Shown one piece after another: positions 58,232-60,246 of a stretch of DNA of 60,246 bases; within the stretch, counting starts at the first letter, position 1; each line of letters begins with the position of its first letter. The DNA lies in assembly GCF_000281045.1 (NCBI RefSeq), contig NW_008246068.1, forward strand, positions 1,260,036-1,320,281, in the 5' to 3' direction. Made by a program: the position numbers and the translations under genes. This DNA is from Saprolegnia diclina VS20 (taxonomy: Eukaryota). The notes below the pieces were generated by a model, which was given only the letters and a program-made list of their open reading frames with translations, was not told the origin of the DNA and made no database searches.

Positions 58232-59005
58232 AACTACACATTTCTATTCGAAACAAAGCCCTTGGTAGATTTTCCGAAATTATGCAGAAGCGGGCGTCGC
58301 CGACGTGCATCTAATGCAGTGTGATTGCAGCGTCGGCCACGGGCATAACTTGCACAAGCACATTGTATGGAGAGGTCAGCTACCGCAGGATCCAGCAGTA
58401 AAAAGAACCGGCAACCATTTCTCTGATTCCCTTGCCTCGGGTAAGAACAAATTTTTATAGGGACAACCTCGCACAGGTAGCTACTGAATCAGTGTCATAT
58501 CGCAGAACGAATGGTAACATCGTTGGTTCCAGGCATATAGCAGGTGCAGGTATTTGCTTGGCTCTAGTTGATGCGCTTGCAGTAACCACGTCATTTCGAT
58601 ACCGCCAATTGTGCTTCAGAAAATTGTGATATCGCACCTTGAGTCTCCTTGGTCCGAAGTGAACAAGACAGCCACCGAGATACGACCGCTGTCATCGCTC
58701 CCAATGCAAATACCAATCGATTAGTCGACGACAATGCGTCATTATTGTCGGTGGCGATGCTGCTCTTCCACTTGGCGGCCTCCTTTTCAACCCACGTTAT
58801 CAATTATCCCGCCTCATGGACCAGAGAGTGTAACGCTCGGAATGTATGTCGTGATGAGCGACCTGGCCAGCGCGTTGATCCTGACCATCTGGTGACGATG
58901 CGGTCCGTCGCGAGCGCGATGATCATCACAACCGCACCAATATTGCGATTTGACGGATCGGTCGTCGCCACTCACTTTTCCATTTTCCCTCATCCAACAA
59001 CTACC

Positions 59006-60246
59006 ATGCAGACAAAAGACGTCGACAGCTACGCGCTCGTCACGACGCCCAAGAACAACGAAGCGCCACCGAGCGAGACGCCGACGAACACCGCCCCGAT
59101 GGTGTCCTTCGCCAAACTCTTTTCATTTGCCGACACGACCGACAAGGTGCTCTTGGCGCTCGGGACGCTCAGCTCGATGGTGCTCGGTGTCGCGCAGCCG
59201 CTGCAGATCGTCTTCTTCGGCAACGTTGTCAACGCCTTCAACCCGACATCGGCCACAGGCGCCGACGCATTCCGCGATAGCATCAACCGCACCGTCATCC
59301 AGTTTGCCATTATGGGCGCTGTCGTGCTCGTCACAGGCGCAACTCAGATTGCATGCTGGAACATTGCCGCCGCACGCCAGACCAAGCGCCTCCGCCACGC
59401 CTACGCGACGGCCATTCTGCGCCAGGAGGTCGGCTGGTTTGACGTCAACGAACCCATGCAGCTCGCAACCCGCGTCGCCGACACGACGCTCATCATCCAA
59501 GAAGGCATGGGCCGCAAGGTCGCGGATGCCATCAACTTTATGACGATGGGCCTCACGGGCATCGTCGTCGGCTTTGTCTACGGCTGGGACCTCACGCTGG
59601 TGCTTCTCGCGCTCTCGCCGTTCGTGGCCGGCAGTGGCTACTACATGGTCAAGACGATTGCAGCTGCGACCCAAGGCGGCGTCGAGGCGTATGCAGAGGC
59701 GGGCGGGGTCGCTGAAGAAGCACTGAGCAACATCCGCACTATCCACGCGTTCAACGCGATGCCGACGGTCGTCAAGAATTACATGGCGGCCTTGCGCAAG
59801 ACCGAAGCTGCCGGCGTCAAGAAGGGCCTCGCGGTCGGCCTTGGCACTGGTGGCATGTTCTTTGTCATCTTCTGCACGTATGCGCTGGGCCTGTACTACG
59901 GCGCCGTCCGCGTCAGCACCGACCAGATCACGGACAAGTGTGTCGGCAGCGGCTGCTACGACGGTGGCCGCGTCATCATCGTCTTCTTCTCCATCGTCAT
60001 GAGCTCCATGGCGCTCGGCCAGGCCGGCCCTGGTGCGCAAGCCATCTTTGCGGCCCGCGCGGCGGCCTACAGTGTCTTTGAGCTCATCGAGCGCGAGTCC
60101 AAGATCGACGCGAGCGCGTCGACGGGCAAGACGCTGCCGACCGTCCAAGGCGAGATCGCGCTCTCCAACATTTCGTTTGCGTACCCGTCGCGGCCCAACG
60201 TCCAAGTGTGCGCGGGCTACTCGTTGCACATTCCGGCAGGCCAAAA
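59006..60246 (+). CDS. ABC transporter subfamily B (MDR/P-glycoprotein-like), 5' part only, runs off the window
   Basis: VSFAKLFSFADTTDK; ILRQEVGWFD; YAEAGGVAEEALSNIRTIHAFN; YALGLYYG; IVFFSIVMSSMALGQAGP; FAYPSRP. Confidence 0.93.
   Translation, partial: MQTKDVDSYALVTTPKNNEAPPSETPTNTAPMVSFAKLFSFADTTDKVLLALGTLSSMVLGVAQPLQIVFFGNVVNAFNPTSATGADAFRDSINRTVIQFAIMGAVVLVTGATQIACWNIAAARQTKRLRHAYATAILRQEVGWFDVNEPMQLATRVADTTLIIQEGMGRKVADAINFMTMGLTGIVVGFVYGWDLTLVLLALSPFVAGSGYYMVKTIAAATQGGVEAYAEAGGVAEEALSNIRTIHAFNAMPTVVKNYMAALRKTEAAGVKKGLAVGLGTGGMFFVIFCTYALGLYYGAVRVSTDQITDKCVGSGCYDGGRVIIVFFSIVMSSMALGQAGPGAQAIFAARAAAYSVFELIERESKIDASASTGKTLPTVQGEIALSNISFAYPSRPNVQVCAGYSLHIPAGQ

Noticed and set aside
58432..58803. 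Short ORFs upstream of the ABCB gene
   Set aside because: Lower-GC intergenic sequence with no recognisable homology.

Overview
This is eukaryotic, GC-rich, gene-dense genomic DNA with short (~45-60 nt) GT-AG introns. The GPCR-PIPK fusion, intron style and gene content point to an oomycete, probably Saprolegniales (inference). About 22 protein-coding genes can be supported: a Cys-rich-domain/NIPA transporter, GPCR-PIPK, RIIa/EF-hand protein, IMP4 and MPP10 head-to-head, an EF-hand-like repeat protein, an SPFH protein, a GH31 with an internal trefoil domain, a metallopeptidase-jacalin protein, UBL-Nup107, an AMP-binding ligase, a very divergent dynein heavy chain, DRG2, a TUG/PUB/UBX protein, GST-zeta, a double-FHA protein, ALG11, a P2C Na/K-type ATPase alpha subunit, a small membrane protein, a MORN protein, a small hypothetical protein and a partial ABCB. 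There is also an MCM7 pseudogene fragment and several repeats. The best candidate for an undescribed system is the P2C ATPase locus. The ATPase has altered cation-site residues and a ~290-aa Cys-containing M7-M8 insertion, and it is followed directly by a 117-aa protein whose first TM segment aligns by eye with the animal Na,K-ATPase beta-subunit TM but has no ectodomain. Second is a ~14 kb block bracketed by ~324-bp inverted repeats that holds a dynein with a dead AAA1 site and an adenylating enzyme. All homology calls come from motifs recognised by eye; no searches were run, and exon boundaries are approximate.
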